Counted from the first letter of the stretch, positions 6,488 through 14,894 are shown. The stretch: 32,000 nt of DNA from Candidatus Electrothrix sp. GW3-4 (GCF_037902255.1 NZ_CP147990.1:1830001-1862000); one strand, 5' to 3'. Notes: a model not told the origin generated them from the letters alone. Made by a program: numbers and translations.

Positions 6488-8154
6488 TGTTCATTTAAAT
6501 TCAGGACCAGCTGTTGCATTCCGCCGACAAGCAGCAGGTGAATTCCTGAAAAAAACTGAAATACCCAACGAGCAGTAGGGTTAGGGGCAGGTTTTCCTTT
6601 CTGGTTGGGAAATGTTTCATTATTTATTTCGAGCGCTTGTCTGATGCGATATTCCAACGCGGCGTACACCAGGAGGCAAAGCGTCATAACCATCATCAGG
6701 GCCATGATACGTTTTCGGGATTTTAAAAAAAGCGTTGAAGCCATAAACATAGGATCTTTGAGGAAACGAAAACCCCGTTCAACCTTTTGCTGATCTTTGT
6801 ACACTTTCAAGAGTTCCTCGTCGGACAATTCTTCGCAGTCCAACTGATTCGTTGCAAGAATAAAACAGCTTTTTCGTTCCAACAATCGGGTTCTCTCCTG
6901 AAGCAGGGAGGCTGGGTTGCCTTCAATGCGGTAAACATAAAAGTCCGGTTTCTTGCCCTTGGCTGGCCGTCCTTTGCCCTTATGGCGAGGTAAAGCAACA
7001 ACACGAGCGTCATGAATTGAGAGTATTTTCAGCTTTTTTTCAAAACGGGACAGTGCTTTCAATGCATCGGCCTCGCAGGCAAAATCCTGTTTGCACAATT
7101 TATCGAATTGCTTGGATTCATTTGTGCTCAGCTTGAGGCATTTTTTGTTTACGGTCTTGCGTCCCCGTTGATATGCTTCAGGCGAATAGACAACCAACCA
7201 GCGCTGCCTGACATCGCCATAAACTACCCCGAGACTGCGAGATGCTGCTTTTTCAGGATCCTGCATCAGATTTGAAGCTACTTCATGGATGATCTCCTGG
7301 GACAGATTCAATGTCTCCGGTACACGGGAAATCCACAATATCATGCTCAGTTCTTTTAATGTTTGCGCTGTATAGAGCGCACTATCCGCAACCAGATATT
7401 CCAGGCTGAAATCGTTTTTCATCTGATCAATATGCGCTTGCACTGTTTCCCGAAAATCTGTTTTATCGCTACTGTTACCACTTAACGGCTTCATCAGAAG
7501 CGGGATGCCAGCCTGTCGTTCGCAAATGAGCTGCAACACGATCTGGTTCAGATCCGGACGATGATCACGGCTGTAGCCTTTTGTGATCCGAATAACACCT
7601 TCTTCCTCTTCTGATCCGTTGGCTGGATAGCGACCGTCGGTATGAAAACTCGTTGAATCCAAGTGACCAAAACGTGCCAGCAGCCCTAGACGACCAATTG
7701 CCCTAGCTGCAAGCTGCGAATATAACTCTTCGGGATTATGCTCGTAAATCACTTCTAAGGCCCGGCCCAAAACAGTATCGTTCAGGTGCTGGGCCTCAAT
7801 GCCTTCTCCGATGAGTCGATCTACCGGTTTATCCTGGAAAAAATGCGGGGTCAGATACAATGCCCGATTCGCAAAGCCCAACCCGTTAAGAACCATTGCC
7901 TTAACTGCCTGACCAACTGAGACAACTCGCTTTTCTTTATCCTGATGAATCAGACTGTCAATCAGCTCCCCAAGTCCGAGTTCGTCATACATACCCGCGA
8001 CTAGGCCCAAGTGATTGAGGAGTTTACTTGAGCATTCCTGTGGTAAAATCGTTGTGTTGTTTTCCATACCTGCTGCCTGGTTGATTTATTAAATGTCTTT
8101 TTGAGGCAGCAGGTTATAAAATATTTTTTTATGTGTCAACGTGCGGAATGTGGG
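6405..8154 (-). mobile_element. IS1634-family (IS4 superfamily) insertion sequence, complete, 1,750 bp
   Basis: The terminal IRs are CCCACATTCAGCA (6405-6417) and the reverse complement of 8142-8154, CCCACATTCCGCA (12/13 match). It is flanked by the direct repeat TTACAT (6399-6404 and 8155-8160; up to 8 bp, GGTTACAT, if the IR is drawn shorter). An uninterrupted paralogous site, ggttgcattgtaag, is present at 9778-9791. Confidence 0.85.
6424..8067 (-). CDS. IS1634-family DDE transposase (547 aa)
   Basis: The sequence HLGLVAGMYDELGLGELID...GQAVKAMVLNGLGFANRALYLTPHFF...HLDSTSFH...GYSRDHRPDLNQ...LVADSALYT...KDQQKVERGFRFLK is the typical IS1634/IS4-type layout. Confidence 0.85.
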   Translation of the reverse strand: MENNTTILPQECSSKLLNHLGLVAGMYDELGLGELIDSLIHQDKEKRVVSVGQAVKAMVLNGLGFANRALYLTPHFFQDKPVDRLIGEGIEAQHLNDTVLGRALEVIYEHNPEELYSQLAARAIGRLGLLARFGHLDSTSFHTDGRYPANGSEEEEGVIRITKGYSRDHRPDLNQIVLQLICERQAGIPLLMKPLSGNSSDKTDFRETVQAHIDQMKNDFSLEYLVADSALYTAQTLKELSMILWISRVPETLNLSQEIIHEVASNLMQDPEKAASRSLGVVYGDVRQRWLVVYSPEAYQRGRKTVNKKCLKLSTNESKQFDKLCKQDFACEADALKALSRFEKKLKILSIHDARVVALPRHKGKGRPAKGKKPDFYVYRIEGNPASLLQERTRLLERKSCFILATNQLDCEELSDEELLKVYKDQQKVERGFRFLKDPMFMASTLFLKSRKRIMALMMVMTLCLLVYAALEYRIRQALEINNETFPNQKGKPAPNPTARWVFQFFSGIHLLLVGGMQQLVLNLNEHHLRLLKLLGGRYEKLYSGNG

Positions 8155-8165
8155 TTACATTGTAA

Positions 8166-8185
8166 GGGCACGGCGCGCCGTGCCC
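8166..8185. repeat. Perfect 20-nt palindrome GGGCACGGCGCGCCGTGCCC (leader hairpin, copy B)
   Basis: Read directly; it is its own reverse complement. Confidence 0.85.
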
Positions 8186-8283
8186 CAACGGGATTACCAC
8201 CACCCATTCCATCCCCCTGCGCCATAACGATTACCCCCGGCCCGCACCCCGCCCGGATAATCAATCAGGGCAGGGCCGATCCT

Positions 8284-8366
8284 GTAGGGGCGGACCTATG
8301 TGTCCGCCCGGTTTGTCCACCATCCCGGTACCTTCCAACCGGGCAGGCACGGGGGCCTGCCCCTAC
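8284..8366. repeat. REPIN-like inverted REP doublet (leader B)
   Basis: GTAGGGGCGGACCTATGTGTCCGCCC (8284-8309) and GGGCAGGCACGGGGGCCTGCCCCTAC (8341-8366). Confidence 0.8.
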
Positions 8367-8396
8367 AATCCGTGGTGAATAACGAATCATGAAATA

Positions 8397-8675
8397 TCAT
8401 TCCGATATCCGGGGATCTGCCTCTACGGATGTCTCCGACATAATCTCATCTCCCGGCAAGGGTGTCCGATCAGGCACCTTATCCAATATACCCCTGAAGG
8501 CCGCCCGATCCGCCTTTTTCGCCCGTTGCTCCAGATAATTTTCTGTTGTAAGGGCGGAAATCTTTTCAGACACAGCCGTCGAAATAAACTGATTGATCGA
8601 TACACCTTCTTGCGTTGCTATTTGCTTAATATGACGATGAATAGAATTTGGTAACCGTAAACTAAGTGTACTCAT
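8397..8675 (-). CDS. Ribbon-helix-helix antitoxin (HicB/Arc-like RHH family), 92 aa
   Basis: MSTLSLRLPNSIHRHIKQIATQEGVSINQFISTAVSEKISAL...AFRGILDKVPDRTPLPGDEI matches the RHH antitoxin pattern LRLPxSxHxxxxxxAxxEGVSxNQ. It overlaps the upstream PIN gene by 4 nt (ATGA). Confidence 0.75.
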   Translation of the reverse strand: MSTLSLRLPNSIHRHIKQIATQEGVSINQFISTAVSEKISALTTENYLEQRAKKADRAAFRGILDKVPDRTPLPGDEIMSETSVEADPRISE

Positions 8676-9085
8676 TGTATTGCCTCCAATAATTTTCCGG
8701 GGCGGAGCGCAGTTACCCCGAATTTATCAACCCCTTTAAAATCTTTCATATTATGGGTGACGATTATTCTTGTTTTTGATGCCACAGCCACCTCAAGGAC
8801 ATGATCATCTTTCGGGTCTTTCAGGTACGGTCGCCACAAAAAATATATTTTTTGAAATTTGCTGAGGGCGCAGATATTGTCAAGAACTACCTCAATCTCG
8901 TTGTCAGATAACCCTAATTCCTTTTGTTTCCGTTTTAGAACATCTTCGTATTCAAAAAGGAGCGTAGTTGATATAACAGGTATTATTCTGCCGGTATCAA
9001 TGCGTCTTAATATTTGATACGATGCCCCTGATGAGGAATACAGCCCTGAAAAAAGTATATTGGTGTCCATAATGATTGTATCCAT
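8672..9085 (-). CDS. PIN-domain toxin (137 aa), encoded upstream of its antitoxin
   Basis: The sequence MDTIIMDTNILFSG...LLFEYEDVL...DPKDDHVLEVAVASKTRIIVTHNMKDF carries acidic PIN residues (DTN, E, D, N/D) in the usual order. It is translationally coupled to the 8397-8675 gene. Confidence 0.75.
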   Translation of the reverse strand: MDTIIMDTNILFSGLYSSSGASYQILRRIDTGRIIPVISTTLLFEYEDVLKRKQKELGLSDNEIEVVLDNICALSKFQKIYFLWRPYLKDPKDDHVLEVAVASKTRIIVTHNMKDFKGVDKFGVTALRPGKLLEAIQ

Positions 9086-9140
9086 GTTTAAACAATACCG
9101 AATATGGTATCGTTATGTCAAGCGGGAATATAACGAGCAG

Positions 9141-9210
9141 CATCACTGCCGCCCCAGCCAGCTGCGCAATTAGATTACACACGGGCCGGGGCCTGTTTCG
9201 TCACGATATG
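9141..9210 (+). pseudogene. RAYT 5' remnant (codons ~6-29 only)
   Basis: catcactgccgccccagccagctgcgcaattagattacacacgggccggggcctgtttcgtcacgatatg aligns with RAYT 5036-5109 (HHRRSIRLRNYDYTQAGAYFVTIC) and carries an indel. Homology stops where the TA cassette begins. Confidence 0.65.
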
Positions 9211-9228
9211 TATATCCTGAAATTCCGA

Positions 9229-9258
9229 TTGCCGAAAAGACCTTTCTTCAGGTATAAA
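9229..9258 (+). promoter_or_regulatory. Candidate sigma70 promoter of TA pair 2 (TTGCCG-N18-TATAAA)
   Basis: It is the conserved counterpart of 5856-5885 and overlaps the inverted repeat CCTGAA (9216-9221) / TTCAGG (9247-9252). Confidence 0.4.
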
Positions 9259-9305
9259 GAAAGAATGGGCAATCCGAATAACCCGGCAGACCGGAAGAGA
9301 GTATT

Positions 9306-9506
9306 ATGACGACATTAACAGAGATAGAAAGGGCCGTGACCAATTTATCCCGACAGGATTTCAATAAATTCCGGGACTGGTTTTCCGCCTTGGATCAGCG
9401 GAAGTGGGACAGGGAATTCGAGGAAGATGCGCAAAATGGCCTGCTGGATGATCTGGCGAACGAGGCATTAGCTGATTTCCAATCCGGCAGATACAGGGAG
9501 CTGTGA
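9306..9506 (+). CDS. Putative antitoxin of ParE/RelE-like TA pair, copy 2 (66 aa)
   Basis: A paralogue of 5934-6134 with only a few substitutions. Its stop overlaps the toxin's GTG start. Confidence 0.7.
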   Translation: MTTLTEIERAVTNLSRQDFNKFRDWFSALDQRKWDREFEEDAQNGLLDDLANEALADFQSGRYREL

Positions 9507-9778
9507 AACATTACACTTCGCCGAAGTTCGCCGAAGTATTGGGAGCGTATAACCGGTTGTCCGCTAAGGTCCGAACCGTTGCGGACAAAAATTTCGATCT
9601 TCTCAAAAAAGACCCTCGTCATCCATCGCTGCATCTAAAAAAGGCAGGTCGATTCTGGTCGGTACGGGCCGGAATCAACCATAGAGCCCTGGGTGTTGAT
9701 TCCCCCGACCAGGACGGTATTGTCTGGTTCTGGATAGGTACGCATGCTCAGTATGATAAACTGCTGGGCAAAAAATAG
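9503..9778 (+). CDS. ParE/RelE-superfamily toxin (ParE-like), copy 2, intact (91 aa)
   Basis: A paralogue of 6131-6404. It has a 9-nt internal duplication (ccgaagttcg ccgaagtatt) near the 5' end and ends ...YDKLLGKK-TAG. Confidence 0.75.
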   Translation: MKHYTSPKFAEVLGAYNRLSAKVRTVADKNFDLLKKDPRHPSLHLKKAGRFWSVRAGINHRALGVDSPDQDGIVWFWIGTHAQYDKLLGKK

Positions 9779-9854
9779 GTTGCATTGTAAGCTCGTAAGG
9801 GCACGATGCGCCATGTCCCAACGGGATTACCCACCACCCGTTCCATCCCCCTGC
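9779..9854 (+). repeat. REP-rich leader, copy C (5' ~75 nt only, degenerate)
   Basis: attgtaag..gggcacgatgcgccatgtcccaacgggattacccaccacccgttccatccccctgc matches the first part of leaders A and B. The palindrome (9799-9818) carries several transitions. Homology ends at ~9854. Confidence 0.7.
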
Positions 9855-9971
9855 AACAGAACGGTTCGGCAAACCGGTGTCCGGTTCCTTTCCCACCGTT
9901 ATCCGATCATTCAAATTCGTTGTCACCAAACACATCAACATCTTGCGCAATATATCCGGCAACAGAGCAGC

Positions 9972-11078
9972 CTACCCCAACACCTCATCAAACGGCAGCA
10001 CTAACTGCTTCAACACAGGTTTGTTGCGCTCCTGCTCAAGTTCCGTCTTGGAACAGAGGTTGGAGACGGTCAGGCCCAAAAGGCGGACCATCTTTTGCCC
10101 TGCATCAGTGGCCGCAAGCAGGGCAGGCACCTCTTGCATGATATCTTCGGCATCGCCAAAGCCAGTGGCACGAGTAACCGAGCGGGTGATCGTACGAAAA
10201 TCCTGATAGCGAATTTTCAGGGTCAAGGTGCGGCCAGCTTTTTCTTTGTCTGTAAGGGATCTGCCCACCTGCTGGGCCTGCTGAGCAAGGATGGTCAGCA
10301 TGGTTTGTTGATCCCGGATGTCCTTTTCCAGGGTGGTCTCCGTGCCCATGGATTTTCGCCCCTGTCTGGGCTGAACCGGGCGGTTATCAATGCCCCGCAC
10401 AATGTCATAGAAAAAATTACCAGGCTTGCCAAAAAGCCTAACCAGTTTTTCCCGGCTGTAGCCTTGCAGGTCAGCCCCGGTTTTGATCCCCAGCTCAAGC
10501 ATCCGCTGCTCCGTGACCCGACCCACCCCGAAAAATTTGCGTACCGGCAGGGTGCGGATAAAGGGCAGGGCCTGCTCCGGGGTGATCACTGTTAGTCCGT
10601 TGGGTTTATTGATATCCGAGGCCACCTTGGCGAGAAATTTATTGCAGGATACCCCGGCGGAGGCGGTCAGGCCAGTGGCCTGAAAGATTTCCTTACGAAT
10701 GGTTTCTGCAGTCCAGGTGGCTGATGGAATGGCCTTGGTGTTTTGGGTGATGTCGAGAAAGGCCTCATCCAGGGACAGGGGCTCTACCAAGGGCGTATAG
10801 TCTCGGAAAATAGCCATGATCTGTTGGGACACCTCACGGTAGCGCTCTTTGCGGGGCCGGACAAACAGGGCCTGAGGGCAAAGGGCGTAGGCTCGGGCAC
10901 AGGACATGGCCGAGTGGATGCCGAATTTTCTCGCCTGATAGGAACAGGCCGCCACTACGCCCCGGCCCTGAGGATCACCACCAACAATCAGGGGCCGGTT
11001 GCGGAGTTCTGGGTTGTCCATCTGCTCCACAGAGGCGAAAAAGGCGTCCATGTCTATGTGGATTATTTTTCGGAGCAA
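9972..11078 (-). CDS. dinB: DNA polymerase IV (Y-family)
   Basis: The sequence RKIIHIDMDAFFASVEQMDNPELRNRPLIVGG...SLDEAFLDIT...NKFLAKVASDINKPNG...VRKFFGVG matches canonical DinB motifs. The start is a TTG. Confidence 0.93.
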   Translation of the reverse strand: MLRKIIHIDMDAFFASVEQMDNPELRNRPLIVGGDPQGRGVVAACSYQARKFGIHSAMSCARAYALCPQALFVRPRKERYREVSQQIMAIFRDYTPLVEPLSLDEAFLDITQNTKAIPSATWTAETIRKEIFQATGLTASAGVSCNKFLAKVASDINKPNGLTVITPEQALPFIRTLPVRKFFGVGRVTEQRMLELGIKTGADLQGYSREKLVRLFGKPGNFFYDIVRGIDNRPVQPRQGRKSMGTETTLEKDIRDQQTMLTILAQQAQQVGRSLTDKEKAGRTLTLKIRYQDFRTITRSVTRATGFGDAEDIMQEVPALLAATDAGQKMVRLLGLTVSNLCSKTELEQERNKPVLKQLVLPFDEVLG

Positions 11079-11104
11079 TGGGAGAGCAAGAGGGGGCAGG
11101 GGAG

Positions 11105-11124
11105 GGGGACGGCGCGCCGTCCCC
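11105..11124. repeat. Perfect 20-nt palindrome GGGGACGGCGCGCCGTCCCC in the serS-dinB spacer
   Basis: It is the same palindrome as the leader hairpin (8166-8185) except for a C/G swap at position 4 matched on the other arm. A T-run follows on the + strand only. Confidence 0.75.
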
Positions 11125-11145
11125 TTTTTATATTCCTACTGGAAA

Positions 11146-12417
11146 TTAAAACCGATCCGCAAAGTACGGCTCAAGCACCTTGGGCACGCGAACCGTCCCG
11201 TCTTCCTGCTGGTAATTCTCCAACACAGCCAACAGGGTGCGGCCTACCGCGAGACCGGATCCGTTCAGGGTATGCACGAGACGACTTTTTTTCTGCCCAT
11301 CAGGACGATAACGGATGCCTGCCCGGCGGGCCTGAAAATCAAGAAAGTTGGAACAGGAAGAGATCTCCCGATAGGTATTCTGGCCTGGCAGCCAGACCTC
11401 TATGTCGTAGGTCTTGGCAGCGGAAAAACCCAGGTCCCCGGAACAGAGGGTGACCACCCGATAGGGCAACTCCAGTAATTGGAGGACCTCTTCTGCATCA
11501 GTGAGTAAGGCCTCCAGCTCCGCAGCAGAGGTCTCCGGGGTGGTGAACTTGACCAGCTCCACCTTGTCGAACTGGTGCTGGCGGATCAGGCCGCGGGTGT
11601 CCTTGCCATAGGAGCCAGCTTCGGAGCGAAAGCAGGGGGTATAGGCGGTATATTTGAGGGGCAGCTCTGCCTCGGCCAGGGTCTCATCGCTGTGGATATT
11701 GGTCAGCGGTACCTCGGCGGTGGGGATCAGCCAGAGATCCCAGTCCTCAATCTTGAACAGATCTTCCTTGAACTTGGGAAGCTGACCCGTGCCGGTCATG
11801 GACCGGGAATTCACCATAAAGGGGGGCAGCATTTCAGTGTAGCCGTGTTTCTGGGTGTGTAGATCCAGGAAAAAATTGGTCAGGGCCCTGGAGAGCTTGG
11901 AGGCAAAGCCCTTGAGCAGGGCAAAGCGGGCCCCGGAGAGCTTGGCCGCTGTCTCAAAATCCAGGATACCTTGACCTTCACCGATCTCCCAATGGGGTTT
12001 GGGGGCAAAGGAAAACTGGGGGATCTTGCCCCAGGTGCGGAGCTCCATGTTATCCGTATCATCAGTTCCCTTGGGGACAGAGTCATCGCAGAGGTTGGGG
12101 ATCGCCATCACCACGTCCTCAAGCTCTTCCTGGATGGTGGCCAGTTCTTTGTCCATCTCTTTAATTCGCTCAGAGACCTCACGCATTTCCACGATCAGCG
12201 GTTCTGCCTTATCATGCTCACCGGCCTGCTTTAACGGTGCGATCTCTTTGGACACCCTGTTGCGTCGATTTTTCAGCTGTTCCACCTCAGCCAGCAGGGA
12301 GAGGCGCTTGGCGTCAATTTCTGTAAATTTTTCCATCAGATCCGTCTGCATCCCTCGATGAAGACATTTCTCGCGGACAAGATCTCTGTTTTCCCGGATA
12401 AAACGTAGTTCAAGCAT
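11146..12417 (-). CDS. serS: Seryl-tRNA synthetase
   Basis: A 423-aa protein with an N-terminal coiled-coil arm ([14 protein letters not shown]...) and class II motifs ([39 protein letters not shown]). Confidence 0.95.
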   Translation of the reverse strand: MLELRFIRENRDLVREKCLHRGMQTDLMEKFTEIDAKRLSLLAEVEQLKNRRNRVSKEIAPLKQAGEHDKAEPLIVEMREVSERIKEMDKELATIQEELEDVVMAIPNLCDDSVPKGTDDTDNMELRTWGKIPQFSFAPKPHWEIGEGQGILDFETAAKLSGARFALLKGFASKLSRALTNFFLDLHTQKHGYTEMLPPFMVNSRSMTGTGQLPKFKEDLFKIEDWDLWLIPTAEVPLTNIHSDETLAEAELPLKYTAYTPCFRSEAGSYGKDTRGLIRQHQFDKVELVKFTTPETSAAELEALLTDAEEVLQLLELPYRVVTLCSGDLGFSAAKTYDIEVWLPGQNTYREISSCSNFLDFQARRAGIRYRPDGQKKSRLVHTLNGSGLAVGRTLLAVLENYQQEDGTVRVPKVLEPYFADRF

Positions 12418-12720
12418 GATATGTTCTCGGTAATAAAATCAATACGATGGATATTTGACCCTCTGTTAACTCCAGGGAGCTCATAAATATATATTTTTTT
12501 GCTCGCCACAAGCATGAGGGAGAGATTGCTAATGTCCAGTAGTTTCTGGAGACAAACCTATTTTATTAGCATGACCAGAAACATTCAGCAATGGTTATTC
12601 AAGCATTATAAGGAGCTGGTGAATACCACTGATATGCTCGATAATCCCGAACGAAATCTAAGAAGTCATTGTACCAACTCATTGATTAAATTTAAAGTTG
12701 TTTTTCTTAAACTGAAATCT

Positions 12721-12729
12721 TGGTATAAT
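12721..12729 (+). promoter_or_regulatory. Candidate extended -10 promoter element (TGgTATAAT)
   Basis: Read directly in the 450-bp AT-rich spacer, ~140 nt upstream of the 12871 start. There is no good -35. Confidence 0.3.
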
Positions 12730-12870
12730 GAGGCAAGAGATATTATTTATTCAATTTTTCTGTATTATGTTATATAAAAGTGCTGAAAATGCAGTCTTCC
12801 AGCAGTGTGGGAACGTATTTTTTCACTACCCTCATGACAGACCATAATTATTGAGTGTTCATCAGGATAA

Positions 12871-14799
12871 ATGAATTCATCGCAAACTACGCAAGAGATC
12901 GAACTACAACTCGTCACTCCTCAGGATTTTGTTGAGCTGATAAACGCATTGCAACGAATTTTTACCATTGGCCTCTACTATCCATCGGGACATGGCGTGG
13001 TTGACCAGGCAATGAGTTCTTTTTTACATTTTTTCAGAAGGATAGTGGGCAACAAGACCAATTTTCTCCACTTTGCAGTGACAGAGGAAATGCTGACGAT
13101 TCAGGAAATTGAACTCGATATGCAACTCCCCTCTGTAAAATCTTTTCATAACCTCCTTTATAAACTCAATATAATCACCCTTGACATTCACCGTGATATC
13201 ACAGCAGAGGAGGCCCTGCTCTTTGTCCGGAAGCTCATCTCGTTTCGTGCCAGAATCAAGAATTGCCGCAACTTTTCAGAGTTAAAAATCACCGACCTGC
13301 CTGAGACAATTAAAATTCGTCAGCTGCAATTCTTAACCAGTCAATCCATAATCGCCGAAAAGGGTTCTGGAGATGCTTCACAACCAACTATCGACTACTT
13401 ACTCTCCTCCTTGGCGGAACAGGGTGCCAAGAGAGAGCAACTAGCACTCTGCGGCCAATTGCTGCAATCAATCCCGGCTGCTATACAAAAAAGACAGCTT
13501 GTTGAACATCATCTTCCTTCAGTGACTTGGGATGATGTGGAAAAACTGCTTTTCGAGCTCGCTGAAAGCATTGACTGCTCCTCTCCTGTTGCGACAACCG
13601 GCCAACGTCAAAAGAAACACAAAAAATACTATAATAATATAGATCCACTGATAGCTATTTTGCTCTCTTTGGAAGAACCGAGAGAAACAAGACAGTCCAG
13701 AGAGGCTATCGATCTTCTTATTGATCTGACAAGAGCTGCCTTACCGCATGTAGAGGAGCAGGATTCCGATACATCCATAGGCTTGCGTTCCAAAGACAGA
13801 GGAGGTATCAGTATCAAACAACTCCAGAAGGAGCTGCTGTTGATGAGGAATCACGCGCTTCCGAGGGATTTTTTTGCAAACGAGCGCAGCGAACAGCTCT
13901 CTCTTCTTATGCAGATGCTCGGCCAAAATCCTCCTCTTCAGGTTATGATGAGGACACATGAGGTACTTCGTGATTGTCTGGCAAGCGAGCTGGAAGCACG
14001 AGAGTGGAAAGTTGTGATAGCCGGGATGTGTCAGTTAATAAGGACCTTGAACACTGAACGATTGCATTTTGTTTTCATTATGTTTATTAATCTCTTTCGT
14101 CGCTCTAGATATATTACCCCTTTGGTCTTCTTACGAGATGTCTGTCAGAGATTACCCATGACTGAGTTTGCCACCTGCTGGCCCTTTCTGATCAACGAGC
14201 TTCTCGTTGAAGGCCCACAAAAGGACCCAGAAATTTTTCGGGAACTCTGTGTTGTGTACAAAAATTTTCCTCTGCAGGAAATGCGTAACAAGCTCCCTCA
14301 GCTGAAACAACTTGATGCCCTGAGTGAGAAAAAAATTGCATCCTATATTTTTTCGCCTCCCCCTCCTGAACTGTACCCGCTTCTCGTTGTCTTACTGAGA
14401 TCATCACAGGCGGCATATATCAGCGAAGAACTCCTTAACGGTCTTCGGAAACAGGCTATCGGCTGGCTGGACCGGGCTGTTATACCTTACCTGGACAGCC
14501 GCTCTTCAACAGACCAACGTTTCATTGTTGAGCTGCTCCGGCAGGTCAATCCTGCCAAACCGAGTCAACGCCTTAAAGGAATTGGCGGACAAATTATCGT
14601 TGAGAGATTACCGGCAATACCTCTTGAGCAGAGAAAAGAAAAATGGGTGATTGACAGTATTGACGCTTTGTCCCGCATACGGCTACGGGATGCTCAAAAA
14701 TTGCTTAGGGATATAGTACAGAGCAGGCGTTACCTGATTATTCCTCTCTGGCCCAGGGCTGCCCGTGCAGCTGCTCGTAAGGTTTTGAGCTATTATTAA
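12871..14799 (+). CDS. Hypothetical protein, 642 aa, predicted mostly helical
   Basis: A long uninterrupted ORF in the same orientation as, and 95 nt upstream of, the HD-GYP gene. Its first ~120 aa loosely resemble the N-terminal region of that gene. I recognise no catalytic motif. Confidence 0.65.
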   Translation: MNSSQTTQEIELQLVTPQDFVELINALQRIFTIGLYYPSGHGVVDQAMSSFLHFFRRIVGNKTNFLHFAVTEEMLTIQEIELDMQLPSVKSFHNLLYKLNIITLDIHRDITAEEALLFVRKLISFRARIKNCRNFSELKITDLPETIKIRQLQFLTSQSIIAEKGSGDASQPTIDYLLSSLAEQGAKREQLALCGQLLQSIPAAIQKRQLVEHHLPSVTWDDVEKLLFELAESIDCSSPVATTGQRQKKHKKYYNNIDPLIAILLSLEEPRETRQSREAIDLLIDLTRAALPHVEEQDSDTSIGLRSKDRGGISIKQLQKELLLMRNHALPRDFFANERSEQLSLLMQMLGQNPPLQVMMRTHEVLRDCLASELEAREWKVVIAGMCQLIRTLNTERLHFVFIMFINLFRRSRYITPLVFLRDVCQRLPMTEFATCWPFLINELLVEGPQKDPEIFRELCVVYKNFPLQEMRNKLPQLKQLDALSEKKIASYIFSPPPPELYPLLVVLLRSSQAAYISEELLNGLRKQAIGWLDRAVIPYLDSRSSTDQRFIVELLRQVNPAKPSQRLKGIGGQIIVERLPAIPLEQRKEKWVIDSIDALSRIRLRDAQKLLRDIVQSRRYLIIPLWPRAARAAARKVLSYY

Positions 14800-14894
14800 C
14801 AACGCAAGAGCGTCGGATACGATCAAATTGGCAGGCTTTGTCTCGCGAACTCCTCACGAAATGAGCTCTATGAAAACAGGGAGGTCCATACACC

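Larger units (their letters stand above)
8161..8393 (+). repeat. REP-rich leader, copy B (ends with the RAYT start ATGAA but has no RAYT body)
   Basis: It aligns with 4773-5026, with a ~17-nt deletion in the doublet spacer. It includes the palindrome at 8166-8185 and REP units at 8284-8309 and 8341-8366. Confidence 0.8.

Noticed and set aside
4779-8366. Possible CRISPR array, given recurring GC-rich palindromic ~26-nt units
   Set aside because: The units occur in both orientations with irregular spacing (49-75 nt, then hundreds of nt). The supposed spacers are themselves repeated, there are no cas genes, and the units sit inside a coding frame. This fits REP/REPIN better.
10095-12361. Plus-strand ORFs of 87-236 aa across dinB and serS
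   Set aside because: All are antisense to two high-confidence housekeeping genes, and none has recognisable motifs.
12499-12777. 92-aa ORF in the AT-rich serS / 12871 spacer
   Set aside because: It has a non-ATG start, no SD, a composition-driven sequence rich in I/K/N/F/Y, and it contains the candidate promoter. It is more likely non-coding, although a small protein cannot be excluded.
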